Positions 9,703 to 19,073 are shown, counted from the stretch's first letter. The stretch: DNA of 64,000 nt from Candidatus Kerfeldbacteria bacterium (GCA_016207275.1 JACQPY010000007.1:10265-74264), one strand, 5' to 3'. Made by a program: numbers and translations. The notes: generated by a model from the sequence alone, not told the origin.

Positions 9703-10727
9703 TAGATACCGATGGGCTGGGCCGTGGCCGGCGGCCGGCGGCCGAGGTGCTTGTAGGCTTCAGCCGTGACCACCCGGCCGCGGGGCGTCCGGCCTAAGAA
9801 ACCGAGCTGTAAGAGAAACGGCTCGTAGACTTCTTCGAGCGTCTCGGTTTCCTCGGCCACGGCCGCGGCAATGGTACCTAGACCAACTGGCCCGCCGCCG
9901 AACTTGTCGATGATCGTTTCCAGGATTCGGCGGTCGATCTCGTCGAGGCCGAGCGTATCAATAGCCAAGGCCTCGAGCGCTTTCGCGGCCAGCGCCGGGC
10001 TGACCGGGCCGTTGCCGGCTTTGACCGCAACGTAGTCGCGAACGCGCTTAAGCAGCCGGTTCGCTACCCGCGGCGTCCGGCGCGATCGACGGGCGATTTC
10101 GGCGGCGGCCTCCGGCGCCAGCGCTACCCCCAGGATGGAACCCGAACGCTTCACGATCTGCTCAACATCCTCTGGCCGGTAGTAGTCAAGCCGAAACGTC
10201 AGGCCGAAACGGTCTCGGAGGGGACTGGACAAGGCGCTCATGCGGGTAGTCGCGCCGATCAGGGTGAACTTCGGCAGATCGAGTCGAATCGTCCGCGCGC
10301 CTGGCCCTTTGCCGACGACTAAATCGAGCTTGAAATCCTCCATCGCCGGGTAGAGGACCTCTTCAATCGTCCGGTTCAGACGGTGCATCTCGTCAATAAA
10401 GAGAATGTCGCCGTCGGCCAGGCTGGTCAGGATGGCCGCCAAATCACCGGCCCGCTCGATCGCTGGTCCGCTGGTGACGCGAATACCGGCGCCTAGTTCG
10501 TGGGCAATGACGTAGGCCAGGGTCGTCTTGCCGAGACCGGGATTGCCGTGCAACAAGATGTGCTCGATTGACTCGCGGCGCTGCTTAGCCGCGGCCAGGG
10601 CGATTTTCAAGTTCTGCTTGATCGCTTCCTGACCAACGTACTCGCTCAGCCGCCGAGGTCTCAACGTCAAATCGATCGTCTGGTCTTCGCTGCCAGCCTC
10701 CTCGGCAATGACCCGTTCATCAGCCAT
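9702..10727 (-). CDS. ruvB: Holliday junction branch migration helicase RuvB
   Basis: [28 protein letters not shown] and TPRVANRLL motifs. Confidence 0.98.
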   Translation of the reverse strand: MADERVIAEEAGSEDQTIDLTLRPRRLSEYVGQEAIKQNLKIALAAAKQRRESIEHILLHGNPGLGKTTLAYVIAHELGAGIRVTSGPAIERAGDLAAILTSLADGDILFIDEMHRLNRTIEEVLYPAMEDFKLDLVVGKGPGARTIRLDLPKFTLIGATTRMSALSSPLRDRFGLTFRLDYYRPEDVEQIVKRSGSILGVALAPEAAAEIARRSRRTPRVANRLLKRVRDYVAVKAGNGPVSPALAAKALEALAIDTLGLDEIDRRILETIIDKFGGGPVGLGTIAAAVAEETETLEEVYEPFLLQLGFLGRTPRGRVVTAEAYKHLGRRPPATAQPIGI

Positions 10728-10796
10728 AGTACAGGGGCAGCATACACGTTTTCCGTTGTTTTCTCAACAAAAACACGACTGCCGCGCCGTTAGGTC

Positions 10797-10825
10797 TTGA
10801 CACGATTTTCGACCCGTGCTAGGCT
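10797..10825 (+). promoter_or_regulatory. Sigma70 promoter for intergenic RNA
   Basis: TTGACA-17 nt-TAGGCT with TG extension; no ORF follows. Confidence 0.65.
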
Positions 10826-10829
10826 GCCA

Positions 10830-11002
10830 CGTTCTGTCCGTGCGCTAGCCGCGAGCTATCTCGGGGGCACGACAAGCATGGGGACTATTCGCCGGTCGAT
10901 CTGGGGCAACCTCGATCGTACCAATGGATAATCTTCTTGCCCCTGAGGTAATTCTCGACTAACCCCAACCTCACGATCAAATACCCGGCGGGGGGCGTTT
11001 TT
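10830..11002 (+). ncRNA. ssrS: Putative 6S RNA (long rod-like ncRNA)
   Basis: About 170 nt between promoter and U-tract. CTCGGGGGCA pairs with TGCCCCTGAG; inner GGTCGATC/GATCGTACC stem with GCAA loop; 5' and 3' ends partly complementary; CCAACCT..TCAAA..CGGC resembles a 6S 3' strand. Confidence 0.5.
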
Positions 11003-11004
11003 GT

Positions 11005-12831
11005 TTAGCCTTCTTCTTCGTCAGTATCTTTCGGCAAGTCTTTCACACCGACCAAACAAATTTCTCGCCACGGCCGGTAGTGGCTGGTGAACTTCGTATC
11101 AACTTTTTGACCATCGCCGTAGGTTACCGAGTAGGTAAAGTCCGCGTCAGAACCGGGGTGGGCTTTTTCAATGCACTTAGTCGTGCCCACCGGAATCTCG
11201 GTCGTTTCGATTTTCAGCGGCGGTGGCGGCGCGACCACATTGTAGACCTTGGGCGTCGAGCTGCTGGCCACCCGTCCGTCTTTGGTCCCCCAAAACTCGA
11301 AAACCAAATCGTCACCCTCGATCCGCGTTTGCAAGAGTAAGTAGGTCGGGTAGTCGTTCTTAAACCGGAAGTCTGGCTTGGGTTCATAAATCGTCGCGTC
11401 CATGCCGACCGGCGGTTCGTAGTACCGTACTCGGTACGAGTGGTTTTTCCGTTCAACCACCGGCAGGCCGGCATTGAGGACTAGCCGAAAGAAGGTCGTG
11501 CCGATCTGGCACAAGCCGCCGCCGAACTCAGGAATCGTACGATTTTCTTTAATCACCAGCTCCTGCCGGTAGCCGAGCGTCGCATCAACCGGACCGATTG
11601 CCTTAACCAGCGAGAATTCGTCGCCCGGCCGAACCAGCAAGCCGTTCAATAAATCAGCGCCAACCTTGATGTTGTGCCGGCGATTGACCGGGCTGCCGGA
11701 AAAGTTGGTCCGACCGACTGCCACCAGCTCTTTAACGCCGAGGTTACCAATCGTCTCGGCGGTTGCTTCGGGCTGGACCTCGCGCATGACCAAGGCCACC
11801 GACGACTCACCGCGCTCGAGCGCTCGACGAATGACCAAAACGCTGGCCTCAATATCGAGCTCTCGGCCCATGCTGCTGCCCTGGATCTGGGTGACCACGC
11901 CGTCGTTCAGGGCAAACTTCGCATTCTTCGCCACCGTGCTGACCTGCGGCAGCAACTCGGTCAAGTACGCTTCAACTGCCGCCCCATCAACCACCAAACT
12001 CAGTTGGCCGTTCTCGCGCACCGGCCGCAACCAGGTCACGAACGTGGCCAGTTTGAGCGTCACCGGCTGACCATCAGCCTCGAGCGTCACCGCGCCATCG
12101 TCCACCCGTTGCCGAACTTCAGGCAGCAAGGATTCGGCCTCACTCGCACTGACGAGCGGCACGTCTTCCTGGAGACTGACGGTAACCGGTTCAGCTGCCA
12201 GCGTCCGAATCCGACGCTCGACTTCCCGGCTAATCGCCGGGTAGTCAAAAGCGGTCCCAGCCTTTGGCGGCTTCATCGACACCTGCTTGCCGGTGAGGAG
12301 AAAGGACGGTTCAACGGCCGGATCCTCGTATGAACCGAGGGTGCCGGTCAGCGCTCGATTAAGGCCGTTAGCGTCAATAGTCACGGCTGGCGTAACCTGC
12401 GCCCCGGCGACCAGCGCCTGCAGTCGCGCCAGGGCCCGAACGAGCGGCGAACCATCCCGTCCAAAGGTCCTCATCTGCCGAACGGTGGCATCGGCGTTGT
12501 ACGACACCACGTCGCTGGCTAAGCCGAGATTTTTTGTATCGGCCACGGCGTACTCGAGCACCAATTCCTTGTCCTTAAAAACCAACTTGATGCCTTCGCC
12601 CTGGGCCTTCGAGAGTCCGGCCCGAATTACCGCCTCGGCTTCAGCCGCGGTTCGACCGCCCAGCGAGATGTCTGCAAATCGAACGCCGGGGCTGACTTTT
12701 CCGGCGTAGGCAACGTCGAGTACGGCGGCCGTGCCAACAATGATGGTCGCAGCGCCCGCGCCCAACAACAACCACATCCGACGTTGCGCCGGGGGTGATC
12801 CTGGTCGCTGCTTCACGGAGCGCTTAGCCAT
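11005..12831 (-). CDS. VanW family protein with PG_binding_4/YoaR-like repeats
   Basis: N-terminal TM; GGGLCQIGTT, ERKNHSY, GMDATIY and DFRFKND motifs. Confidence 0.92.
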   Translation of the reverse strand: MAKRSVKQRPGSPPAQRRMWLLLGAGAATIIVGTAAVLDVAYAGKVSPGVRFADISLGGRTAAEAEAVIRAGLSKAQGEGIKLVFKDKELVLEYAVADTKNLGLASDVVSYNADATVRQMRTFGRDGSPLVRALARLQALVAGAQVTPAVTIDANGLNRALTGTLGSYEDPAVEPSFLLTGKQVSMKPPKAGTAFDYPAISREVERRIRTLAAEPVTVSLQEDVPLVSASEAESLLPEVRQRVDDGAVTLEADGQPVTLKLATFVTWLRPVRENGQLSLVVDGAAVEAYLTELLPQVSTVAKNAKFALNDGVVTQIQGSSMGRELDIEASVLVIRRALERGESSVALVMREVQPEATAETIGNLGVKELVAVGRTNFSGSPVNRRHNIKVGADLLNGLLVRPGDEFSLVKAIGPVDATLGYRQELVIKENRTIPEFGGGLCQIGTTFFRLVLNAGLPVVERKNHSYRVRYYEPPVGMDATIYEPKPDFRFKNDYPTYLLLQTRIEGDDLVFEFWGTKDGRVASSSTPKVYNVVAPPPPLKIETTEIPVGTTKCIEKAHPGSDADFTYSVTYGDGQKVDTKFTSHYRPWREICLVGVKDLPKDTDEEEG

Positions 12832-12839
12832 CCTTAATT

Positions 12840-13358
12840 CTATCGCTCGTTGTCGTCCTGTTCTTCGTGGACGCGGACCGATTTGGCCCGCAGCTTGTCG
12901 GCCTTCGGCAGGACGACCGTCAAAATTCCATGCCTCAGCGTCGCCGTGACCTTTTCGCTCTTGACGTCAACCGGTAAAATGATTGAACGCGAAAATCCGC
13001 CCCAGTAGCACTCTTGGTAAAAGTAGTCTTGGGCCGGCACCTGCTGGTCACGGTGGCGAATCCCCCGAATCGTGACCATGTCGTTGTTGACGGTAATATC
13101 CAAGTCTTCAACCCGCACGCCAGCGACGGCGGACTGGACGACCACGGCCTCGTCAGTCTGGTAGACGTCAACGGCCAGCTGGCCTTCAAAGTTCTCGCCC
13201 AGCCAACGGTCGTCCCTCGGCTGCGTCGGCGGGTCGCTGGCTGGCGTTGCTGGGGAAATTCGACGTTCGGCCAAAACCGCACCGAAGAACGCGGCCGCCT
13301 CACCTGACGGCTGACGAACGGTCGGCGTACGTATTCCTTTATCTTCTTTCCGTGCCAT
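12840..13358 (-). CDS. Hsp20/alpha-crystallin small heat shock protein
   Basis: GQLAVDVYQT, ECYWGGFSRSIILP and GILTVVLPK motifs; start refined to MARKEDK. Confidence 0.92.
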   Translation of the reverse strand: MARKEDKGIRTPTVRQPSGEAAAFFGAVLAERRISPATPASDPPTQPRDDRWLGENFEGQLAVDVYQTDEAVVVQSAVAGVRVEDLDITVNNDMVTIRGIRHRDQQVPAQDYFYQECYWGGFSRSIILPVDVKSEKVTATLRHGILTVVLPKADKLRAKSVRVHEEQDDNER

Positions 13359-13597
13359 ATCTTCAGTATACGAACTCTTCGGCAAACCAGCAACTAGTCG
13401 GTTCACTGACTTGATTTTTCTGTTTCGATCAGCTAAAATCCGTTCTGCTCTACGGCCCATTGCCCGGCAAAGCCGGAAAGGAAAACGCCAGGTTTTTCCG
13501 GCCGCCACCTAGCGAGCCGTTCTCCACTCGGGCTAAAACCGCTAAACGTGAGCAACAAATCAAACGCTCTGGTAGAATACAAAGAAGATTACACTAT

Positions 13598-13685
13598 GCC
13601 GCCATCGCCCGGCGAGGCCACGGCGGTAGCCGGGCAGGCCGGGTCCGGCAGTCCGGCGGAGCCGGACGTCGCCGGATCTAGTCCG
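13598..13685 (+). pseudogene. 5' fragment of tRNA-Glu interrupted by a 69-nt GC-rich palindromic insertion
   Basis: GCCGCCATCG (13598-13607) plus TCTAGTCCG (13677-13685) equal the first 19 nt of the tRNA at 13948; extended -10 TGGTAGAAT upstream. Confidence 0.7.
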
Positions 13686-13696
13686 CTCTCAAGAAT

Positions 13697-13972
13697 ATGC
13701 CATACTTTGTCTATGTATTAAGAAGTATCAAGACTGGCAGATTGTACTGTGGGAGCTGTGGTAATATCCAGGTTCGCTTGAAACAGCATAATGCGGGTCA
13801 AGTTGCTTCTACAAGACCGTACAGGCCATGGGAGCTCCTACGGAGCGAAGAATACACCACCAAATCGGAGGCACGAAAAAGAGAGTTACAGTTAAAAAAT
13901 TCTGGTGTTGCACGAAAGCAATTGAAGACAAACCCACAGCATTACATGCCGCCATCGTCTAGTCCGGTCTAG
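13697..13972 (+). CDS. Stand-alone GIY-YIG endonuclease
   Basis: YFVYVL..LYCG...RLKQHN....T..YRPW.L..E....EA.KRE pattern; AT-rich; stop codon lies inside the tRNA D-arm. Confidence 0.9.
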   Translation: MPYFVYVLRSIKTGRLYCGSCGNIQVRLKQHNAGQVASTRPYRPWELLRSEEYTTKSEARKRELQLKNSGVARKQLKTNPQHYMPPSSSPV

Positions 13973-14025
13973 GACGCCAGGTTTTCATCCTGGTAACAGG
14001 GGTTCGAATCCCCTTGGCGGTACCA
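13948..14025 (+). tRNA. tRNA-Glu (TTC)
   Basis: Acceptor stem GCCGCCA/TGGCGGT; anticodon arm CCAGG-TTTTCAT-CCTGG; T-loop GTTCGAATC; encoded CCA. Confidence 0.95.
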
Positions 14026-14026
14026 A

Positions 14027-14128
14027 TCAGCTTTTTCCCGCCACAATAATCCAAAACTTCAAGGAGGGCGGGATCCCGCTCCGCGGGACAAGCTGAGAAC
14101 AGGGGTTCGACTCCCCTTGGGGCTACCA
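14027..14128 (+). pseudogene. 3' part of a second tRNA-Glu with a 53-nt palindromic insert in the anticodon loop
   Basis: TCAGC-TTTT[TCCCGCC...GCGGGATCCCGCTCCGCGGGA]CAA-GCTGA, then GAACAGGGGTTCGACTCCCCTTGGGGCTACCA; 5' acceptor strand and D-arm are missing. Confidence 0.7.
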
Positions 14129-14142
14129 CCCTGAACCAGTAA

Positions 14143-14171
14143 CAAAAAACAGGCGGCTTGCCCGTTTTTTG
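14143..14171. terminator. Bidirectional terminator
   Basis: CAAAAAAC-AGGC..GCCC-GTTTTTTG hairpin between convergent units. Confidence 0.65.
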
Positions 14172-14187
14172 CATTTGCTTGTTTAGC

Positions 14188-14388
14188 CTACATCATGCCC
14201 GCGGCTTTCGCTACTTCGTCGGCGCTGTGGTAGGTCGCCTCGGGCACCTTGTCCATAAACATCTTTTTGTGTTCTTCGGGCACGTGCGACATCGTGTTGC
14301 ACGCTTCCCAAATGTCCTTCTTGGTGGCCGGGTAGGAAATGTGACTTTTAAGGTGCTCGGTCATCTCCTGCATGTTCATGTCGTCCAT
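14188..14388 (-). CDS. Small DUF2795-like protein
   Basis: Strong SD AAAGGAGGTGA; HISYPATKKD...TY.S.DEV pattern. Confidence 0.8.
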   Translation of the reverse strand: MDDMNMQEMTEHLKSHISYPATKKDIWEACNTMSHVPEEHKKMFMDKVPEATYHSADEVAKAAGMM

Positions 14389-14695
14389 CGAGAATCACCT
14401 CCTTTGCGTTCACGAATAGTATGGTTGAAGCGTGTGCGGAAAAAATCTGATTGTCAACCGCCGGCCGGTCGGTTAGGCAGCCTACCAATCCGGTTGGCAT
14501 TGCCGGTTTTCTAGCGGACGCCTTTACCGCAAACAACGCCCACGCCTTGACGCGGCGGGACAGTTAGGTTAAGGTCGGGGACTGCTCGTTGAAAACGTCG
14601 GTGCTGTTTTTAAGCGCCGATACATACTTCAGTCTTCAGTGCGGCTGTGTACCTCTCGCTACGCTTGGGTACACGGTTCAAAGGGGGTGAATAAC

Positions 14696-15172
14696 GTGGA
14701 ATGGACGCACGAAAGCAGAACGTCCACAATGAATCCAGCTCTCCGGGAACGTATCCTGAGCCGCCACCAAACTCTCTGCGTGGAGGGCCGGGAGTATGGC
14801 TATTTCGTCATTCAGCGGTCTCTGCCAGGCGCTCCCAGGTTCTTCGTCGGGCGCGACGAGACTTCCGGCTACTTCATCATTTCCGACGAGATCAAGGGGG
14901 AGTTCCGAGAATTGGTCTTGCGGCACGAGATGTTCGAGATCGGCGTGCTCGGCGGCCACGGTCAGAACAGATGTCAGAGTGCGCTCTTCTACGAACTCGC
15001 GCACTGTCCGCATCAACTTCTGCGCGACTACCTCGCCTACCGCCTTGACATGATCCAGCACCTGATCGCCTGGGTCGACGACCCGCAGCGCGTCGGCCAG
15101 TATCCGGCCGAACGCCGTCGTGAGATCGAGCGGACGCTCAGACGGATCAAGAATCTGCTGGCCACCCGCTGA
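14696..15172 (+). CDS. Hypothetical protein (HExxE-like motif LRHEMFE)
   Basis: SD AGGGGGTGA before GTG 14696; terminator follows. Confidence 0.7.
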   Translation: MEWTHESRTSTMNPALRERILSRHQTLCVEGREYGYFVIQRSLPGAPRFFVGRDETSGYFIISDEIKGEFRELVLRHEMFEIGVLGGHGQNRCQSALFYELAHCPHQLLRDYLAYRLDMIQHLIAWVDDPQRVGQYPAERRREIERTLRRIKNLLATR

Positions 15173-15203
15173 CGCCGAAGTCGTCCTCTGTTCGTACAAC
15201 ATA

Positions 15204-15244
15204 CGCCCGATTCAGGACATCGTTCTGGGTCGGGCGCCTTATTT
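15204..15244 (+). terminator. Intrinsic terminator
   Basis: CGCCCGATTCAGGA / TTCTGGGTCGGGCG stem followed by a U-rich tail. Confidence 0.65.
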
Positions 15245-16047
15245 TACACCGTCTTCAAAAACGCCTCACTATACTGCGGCTGTGGTTTGACTGGGGTTGA
15301 CAGCTTCCACAGAACCTCAAACTGCAGCTTCATCAATTCAGTAAACTCCCGGCTCTGGACCGTAAATCCGAATGCCTCCTGCTTCGAAGAAATAAATCCG
15401 ACTTTGTCTTCATAAATCACGTGACCCATGTCCCAGCTTATACCTTCCGGAGCAAAGCGCTGTTCCCGGAGGAATTTTTTGCCGACGCCAAGGTATGGTG
15501 CGTCTTTAAAAGAAACTGCTTTATCGCGCGGCCACAGCGTCCGGATTGAAATGCCAAGCCGGATGCGTCGTCGGTGGAAGTTGGCCATATAGTCAGCGCC
15601 GAGCACGTCCACCATTTCGCGAAACGGCCACATCGAAACTACCTCTATTCCATTATACCACAGCGTATCTCGTAACACGTGCTTAACCCCTTCTGCGCCG
15701 GGATAAAACTTCATTCGCGGTTCAATGCTCCTTGATTGTTTGAGCATCGACGGCAGAACTGTTTTCAGTCGCCGGTCTTCTTGCTGCAGCCTTTCGATTT
15801 TGAACTGGAGAAGCTGCGACAGATGGCGGACATCGTCAACCTGAAATACTTTCGTATGCTCTTCATCCCGCTCGACGACCAAGCCGCTCTTCATTAATAA
15901 TTTCAGGTGGTCGTAGACCGAAGGCCGGGGGAGTCCCAGATTCTCGGCAAGTTGCCGGGCCGATAAAGGACCTGAACCCAACAGCCGCTCGTAAATTCGA
16001 GTGGCGTTTTCAGGTATTCCGAGAAGATCGAAGACTGCTTTATCCAT
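15244..16047 (-). CDS. TrmB family transcriptional regulator
   Basis: N-terminal wHTH (IYERLL...SARQLA...PRPSVYDHLKLL..GLV) and PLD-like C-terminal domain (IYEDKVGFIS). Confidence 0.9.
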   Translation of the reverse strand: MDKAVFDLLGIPENATRIYERLLGSGPLSARQLAENLGLPRPSVYDHLKLLMKSGLVVERDEEHTKVFQVDDVRHLSQLLQFKIERLQQEDRRLKTVLPSMLKQSRSIEPRMKFYPGAEGVKHVLRDTLWYNGIEVVSMWPFREMVDVLGADYMANFHRRRIRLGISIRTLWPRDKAVSFKDAPYLGVGKKFLREQRFAPEGISWDMGHVIYEDKVGFISSKQEAFGFTVQSREFTELMKLQFEVLWKLSTPVKPQPQYSEAFLKTV

Positions 16048-16065
16048 AGGTTTGAAGTGCTTAAT

Positions 16066-16120
16066 TCGTCGGATTTCGACGACAGATAGACAGTATGGAT
16101 TCAATGCTATACGGTGTCAA
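16066..16120 (-). promoter_or_regulatory. trmB promoter with downstream palindrome (possible operator)
   Basis: TTGACA-17 nt-CATACT on the - strand; TCGTCG-N5-CGACGA at 16066-16082. Confidence 0.45.
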
Positions 16121-16174
16121 GTTCCCCAAATTATGGAGAACGCCAGCTCGTCTACAACCAGGAGGAATGAGAAA

Positions 16175-16768
16175 ATGTTCGTCGTTGCGCTCGTGCTTGC
16201 GGCGTTGACTGGCGGAGCGACTTGCGTTTCAGCTGATGCTATCGCCTTCTACTTCGGTCAGCAGTTGGCCGGAACCGGAAGTGCTGCTGAGGCCACGATC
16301 AATCGCGGAGCAATCGCGTTCGTCCCCTGGCTCGCCCTCGACGGCAGCAAGTTCGAGACGCTGGTCATGGCGCGGTACGCGGATTCCACGGCCACGGTCG
16401 CGTTCGGTCCGCTGCTCGGCTCGAACAATAACCCGAAGTCAGGCGCGACGCCGTACTTCGGAGCAGAGGCCAGGGGCAAGGTTCAACTTTGGCACTCTCG
16501 TTTCATCTTCCGCCTGGTGGAACGGCACACCAAGGAGGCGTTGCTTGCCCGTTTCGCCAATATCGGTCTAGAGGCAGGTCCGCCGCAGTTGCTCGTTCGG
16601 CTCTCCTACCAACCGATCCAGCGCAACCGCGTCGTGACCCACCGCCTGGCGCTCAAAGCAGTAACGTCGTACCGCAATGCCAAGGTCGGCGTCGAAATCC
16701 GTCAGAACTTTGACGGCAGTAACCGCAAAGGCGCCTTGGCTGAGGTCGTCATCCCGCTGAAGCGATAA
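16175..16768 (+). CDS. Secreted beta-strand-rich hypothetical protein
   Basis: SD AGGAGG; signal peptide; amphipathic beta-strand pattern; terminator follows. Confidence 0.75.
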   Translation: MFVVALVLAALTGGATCVSADAIAFYFGQQLAGTGSAAEATINRGAIAFVPWLALDGSKFETLVMARYADSTATVAFGPLLGSNNNPKSGATPYFGAEARGKVQLWHSRFIFRLVERHTKEALLARFANIGLEAGPPQLLVRLSYQPIQRNRVVTHRLALKAVTSYRNAKVGVEIRQNFDGSNRKGALAEVVIPLKR

Positions 16769-16781
16769 AGATCGTTCGTCA

Positions 16782-16825
16782 CGCCCGGCATGGATTGTAC
16801 ATCCGTGTCGGGCGCCTTCTTTTTT
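16782..16825 (+). terminator. Intrinsic terminator
   Basis: CGCCCGGCATGGAT / ATCCGTGTCGGGCG stem followed by a T-tract. Confidence 0.75.
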
Positions 16826-16882
16826 ACCGACACGAGCTGAACGGCTTCTTGCCCTAAAATCACACTCTGCTACACTCGGGCT

Positions 16883-17413
16883 ATGCCCGAACGAGAAGGT
16901 TACGCCCCGACAGATGCTGAGCAATTTCGTTTTCCGGAATCGGAGGCTGGAGCTAAACAGCCACAACCATCCACGACTCCAGCGGAACAGGAGAAAATTC
17001 TGACTGACAAGCCTGAACTTTCGGTCGCCAGCCAGACCGAGGAGAAACACCCTCAGCCGTCGGACAGCATCGATGCGGAACTAGCGCCGTATCAACAAGA
17101 AGCTCAGCAAGAAGTAGTTCGAGAAACCACCCGCGCCCTCGGTGATTTCTGGGAGCTGCTGCCGCGGCGCGGCCAATTGGAAAAAAAGGACGTCGAAGGT
17201 CTGATTGACCACACCGACCTTGCAGTATTAACTTCAGTTCCGCGACGAGAACTGACCGCGGCCATCCGCAACCAGCGGCTAAACGAGAAACCTAAGCCGG
17301 AATTCATAACCAAAGGCCTAGACATCTTAGGAACCTGGATACACCTTGAGGCACTGAAGCGAGGCGGGGACCGATGGCTCGCCAGACCAAAAAACACTGA
17401 CACTCGGCGCTAA
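16883..17413 (+). CDS. Hypothetical protein with acidic disordered N-terminus
   Basis: 176-aa ORF; extended -10 TGCTACACT 6 nt upstream of the ATG. Confidence 0.7.
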   Translation: MPEREGYAPTDAEQFRFPESEAGAKQPQPSTTPAEQEKILTDKPELSVASQTEEKHPQPSDSIDAELAPYQQEAQQEVVRETTRALGDFWELLPRRGQLEKKDVEGLIDHTDLAVLTSVPRRELTAAIRNQRLNEKPKPEFITKGLDILGTWIHLEALKRGGDRWLARPKNTDTRR

Positions 17414-17483
17414 GACCAGTGGTAAAGCTTGTCAATCGGGCGGGCAGCTCTGCACCGATCGACTTCTGTTATACTGACAGCGG

Positions 17484-18983
17484 ATGAACCGTCTGTCCGT
17501 TATCGTCGTGCTGCTGCTAACCACTGTTGGTGCAACGCTCCTCGCCCTCAACCAAGCCAACCACGCGGTCATCCTGACCACCGACTCAATTGTCTACGTT
17601 GATACGGCCCGGCACATTGCCGATGGCCAGGGCGTCGCCACCTCGATCCTGACGCTCGACGCCAAGCAGCTGCCGAATCCGCAAACGCAGTACCCGCCGC
17701 TCTACCCAATGGTGATGAGTCCGTTCATCCGTTTTGGCGTTGAACCGATTCTGGCCGGACGGTTGGTCAGCGCCATTAGCTTTGGCTTGACCGTGATGCT
17801 GCTCGGCCTGTGGGCCTGGCGATTGGCCGGGCCGTTGGCCGGATTGGCTGCGGCTGCACTTGTCACGACGTTGCCGGCCATGACTTCGGTGGCCGCCGCA
17901 GTTTGGGCTGACAGTTTGTACACGTTGCTCGTAACCGGCCTGGCTTGGTTAGGCTGGGAATTAACTCAGAAACCAGCTGGCCGGCTGCGCTGGTTTGTAC
18001 TTGGCGCGCTGGCCGGCCTGGGCCTACTCGACAAGTACCTCGGCATTCTGCTGCTCGGCGTGGTGGCCGTGACCGTGCTGCTGACGTTGCGCCACGGGCC
18101 AGCGCGCTGGCTGGCAATTCAGCGATTGGGCCTGGCGCTGGCTGGCGTGGCGCTATTCGCCGTTCCGCTCTTGCTGCGCAACGTCATGCTCAATCGCGCG
18201 ATCGGCGGCGCCGACCGCGGGCCGTCATCGCAGCCGCTGCTTGACATCATCGGTGATGCCCTGGTCACGGTCTCAGGCGATTTCACCGCGACCGTGCTCT
18301 GGATAGCGACGCTCATCGTCGTCGTTATCACCCTAGGTATCTCTCTACGGAACGCCGAATCACGCCGGCCGCTGGCCGCGCTCTGGCCAATCATTATTAC
18401 GTTTGTGGTATACCTGGTCGGCCTGATTGCCGCACGATTTCTCATCGACACCGACCGCATTCACACCCGTTTTACCATGCCCGTCTATCCGCTGGTCGTG
18501 CTGCTGTACGTGATCGTGATCGCTTGGGCAGCAAAAACGTTTAACCAGCGCGCCAGCAGTATTGTCCTAGCCGCGCTCGCGATCGTCTCTATTGCCTGGT
18601 CAGTCAAAACCTACGACTTCACCAGCCCAGCCTACACGCCCAAACCATCGTCACGCACTATGCTGATTGCGCAGCTAACGACTGAGCGCGACCTGATTAT
18701 CGGCGACCGGGCGCGGGAGTACAACTTGTTTCTTGGAAGAGCCGTCATCCAACTGAGTGACGACCAGACTGAACCGAAGTTGACGCCCGAGCGGTTGGCA
18801 GAACTCCACAACCGCTGGTCAGGGCGGTTCAATCGGACAGTACTGGCTTTTTCGCCAAACCTGGATTCAAAGGAGTACGGGCCGCTGGCAGCGCAGTTAA
18901 GCAGCGGCGCACCACTCGAGGGACTCAATCTCGTTCGAGCTGAACGACCGTTATTCGTCTATCAATATCAAGCCTCACCCTAA
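17484..18983 (+). CDS. GT-C fold glycosyltransferase (ArnT/PMT_2, GT39-like)
   Basis: TDSIVY..TARHIADG.G and YPPLYP motifs; polytopic. Confidence 0.85.
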   Translation: MNRLSVIVVLLLTTVGATLLALNQANHAVILTTDSIVYVDTARHIADGQGVATSILTLDAKQLPNPQTQYPPLYPMVMSPFIRFGVEPILAGRLVSAISFGLTVMLLGLWAWRLAGPLAGLAAAALVTTLPAMTSVAAAVWADSLYTLLVTGLAWLGWELTQKPAGRLRWFVLGALAGLGLLDKYLGILLLGVVAVTVLLTLRHGPARWLAIQRLGLALAGVALFAVPLLLRNVMLNRAIGGADRGPSSQPLLDIIGDALVTVSGDFTATVLWIATLIVVVITLGISLRNAESRRPLAALWPIIITFVVYLVGLIAARFLIDTDRIHTRFTMPVYPLVVLLYVIVIAWAAKTFNQRASSIVLAALAIVSIAWSVKTYDFTSPAYTPKPSSRTMLIAQLTTERDLIIGDRAREYNLFLGRAVIQLSDDQTEPKLTPERLAELHNRWSGRFNRTVLAFSPNLDSKEYGPLAAQLSSGAPLEGLNLVRAERPLFVYQYQASP

Positions 18984-18985
18984 GT

Positions 18986-19060
18986 GCCTCTCCTCGCACG
19001 CGAGGAGAGGCATCCTCAAAAACGCCTCTCCTCTTCGAGGAGAGGCTCGGTGAGGAGGTG
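18986..19060. repeat. Two REP-like palindromes (GCCTCTCCTC..GAGGAGAGGC)
   Basis: Hairpins at 18986-19011 and 19024-19046. Confidence 0.75.
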
Positions 19061-19073
19061 CTACAATACCACC

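Noticed and set aside
14027-14128. Intron-containing functional tRNA
   Set aside because: No adjacent 5' acceptor strand or D-arm; the insert is too short for a group I intron.
13959-14174. 71-aa minus-strand ORF
   Set aside because: Antisense translation of tRNA and palindrome sequence.
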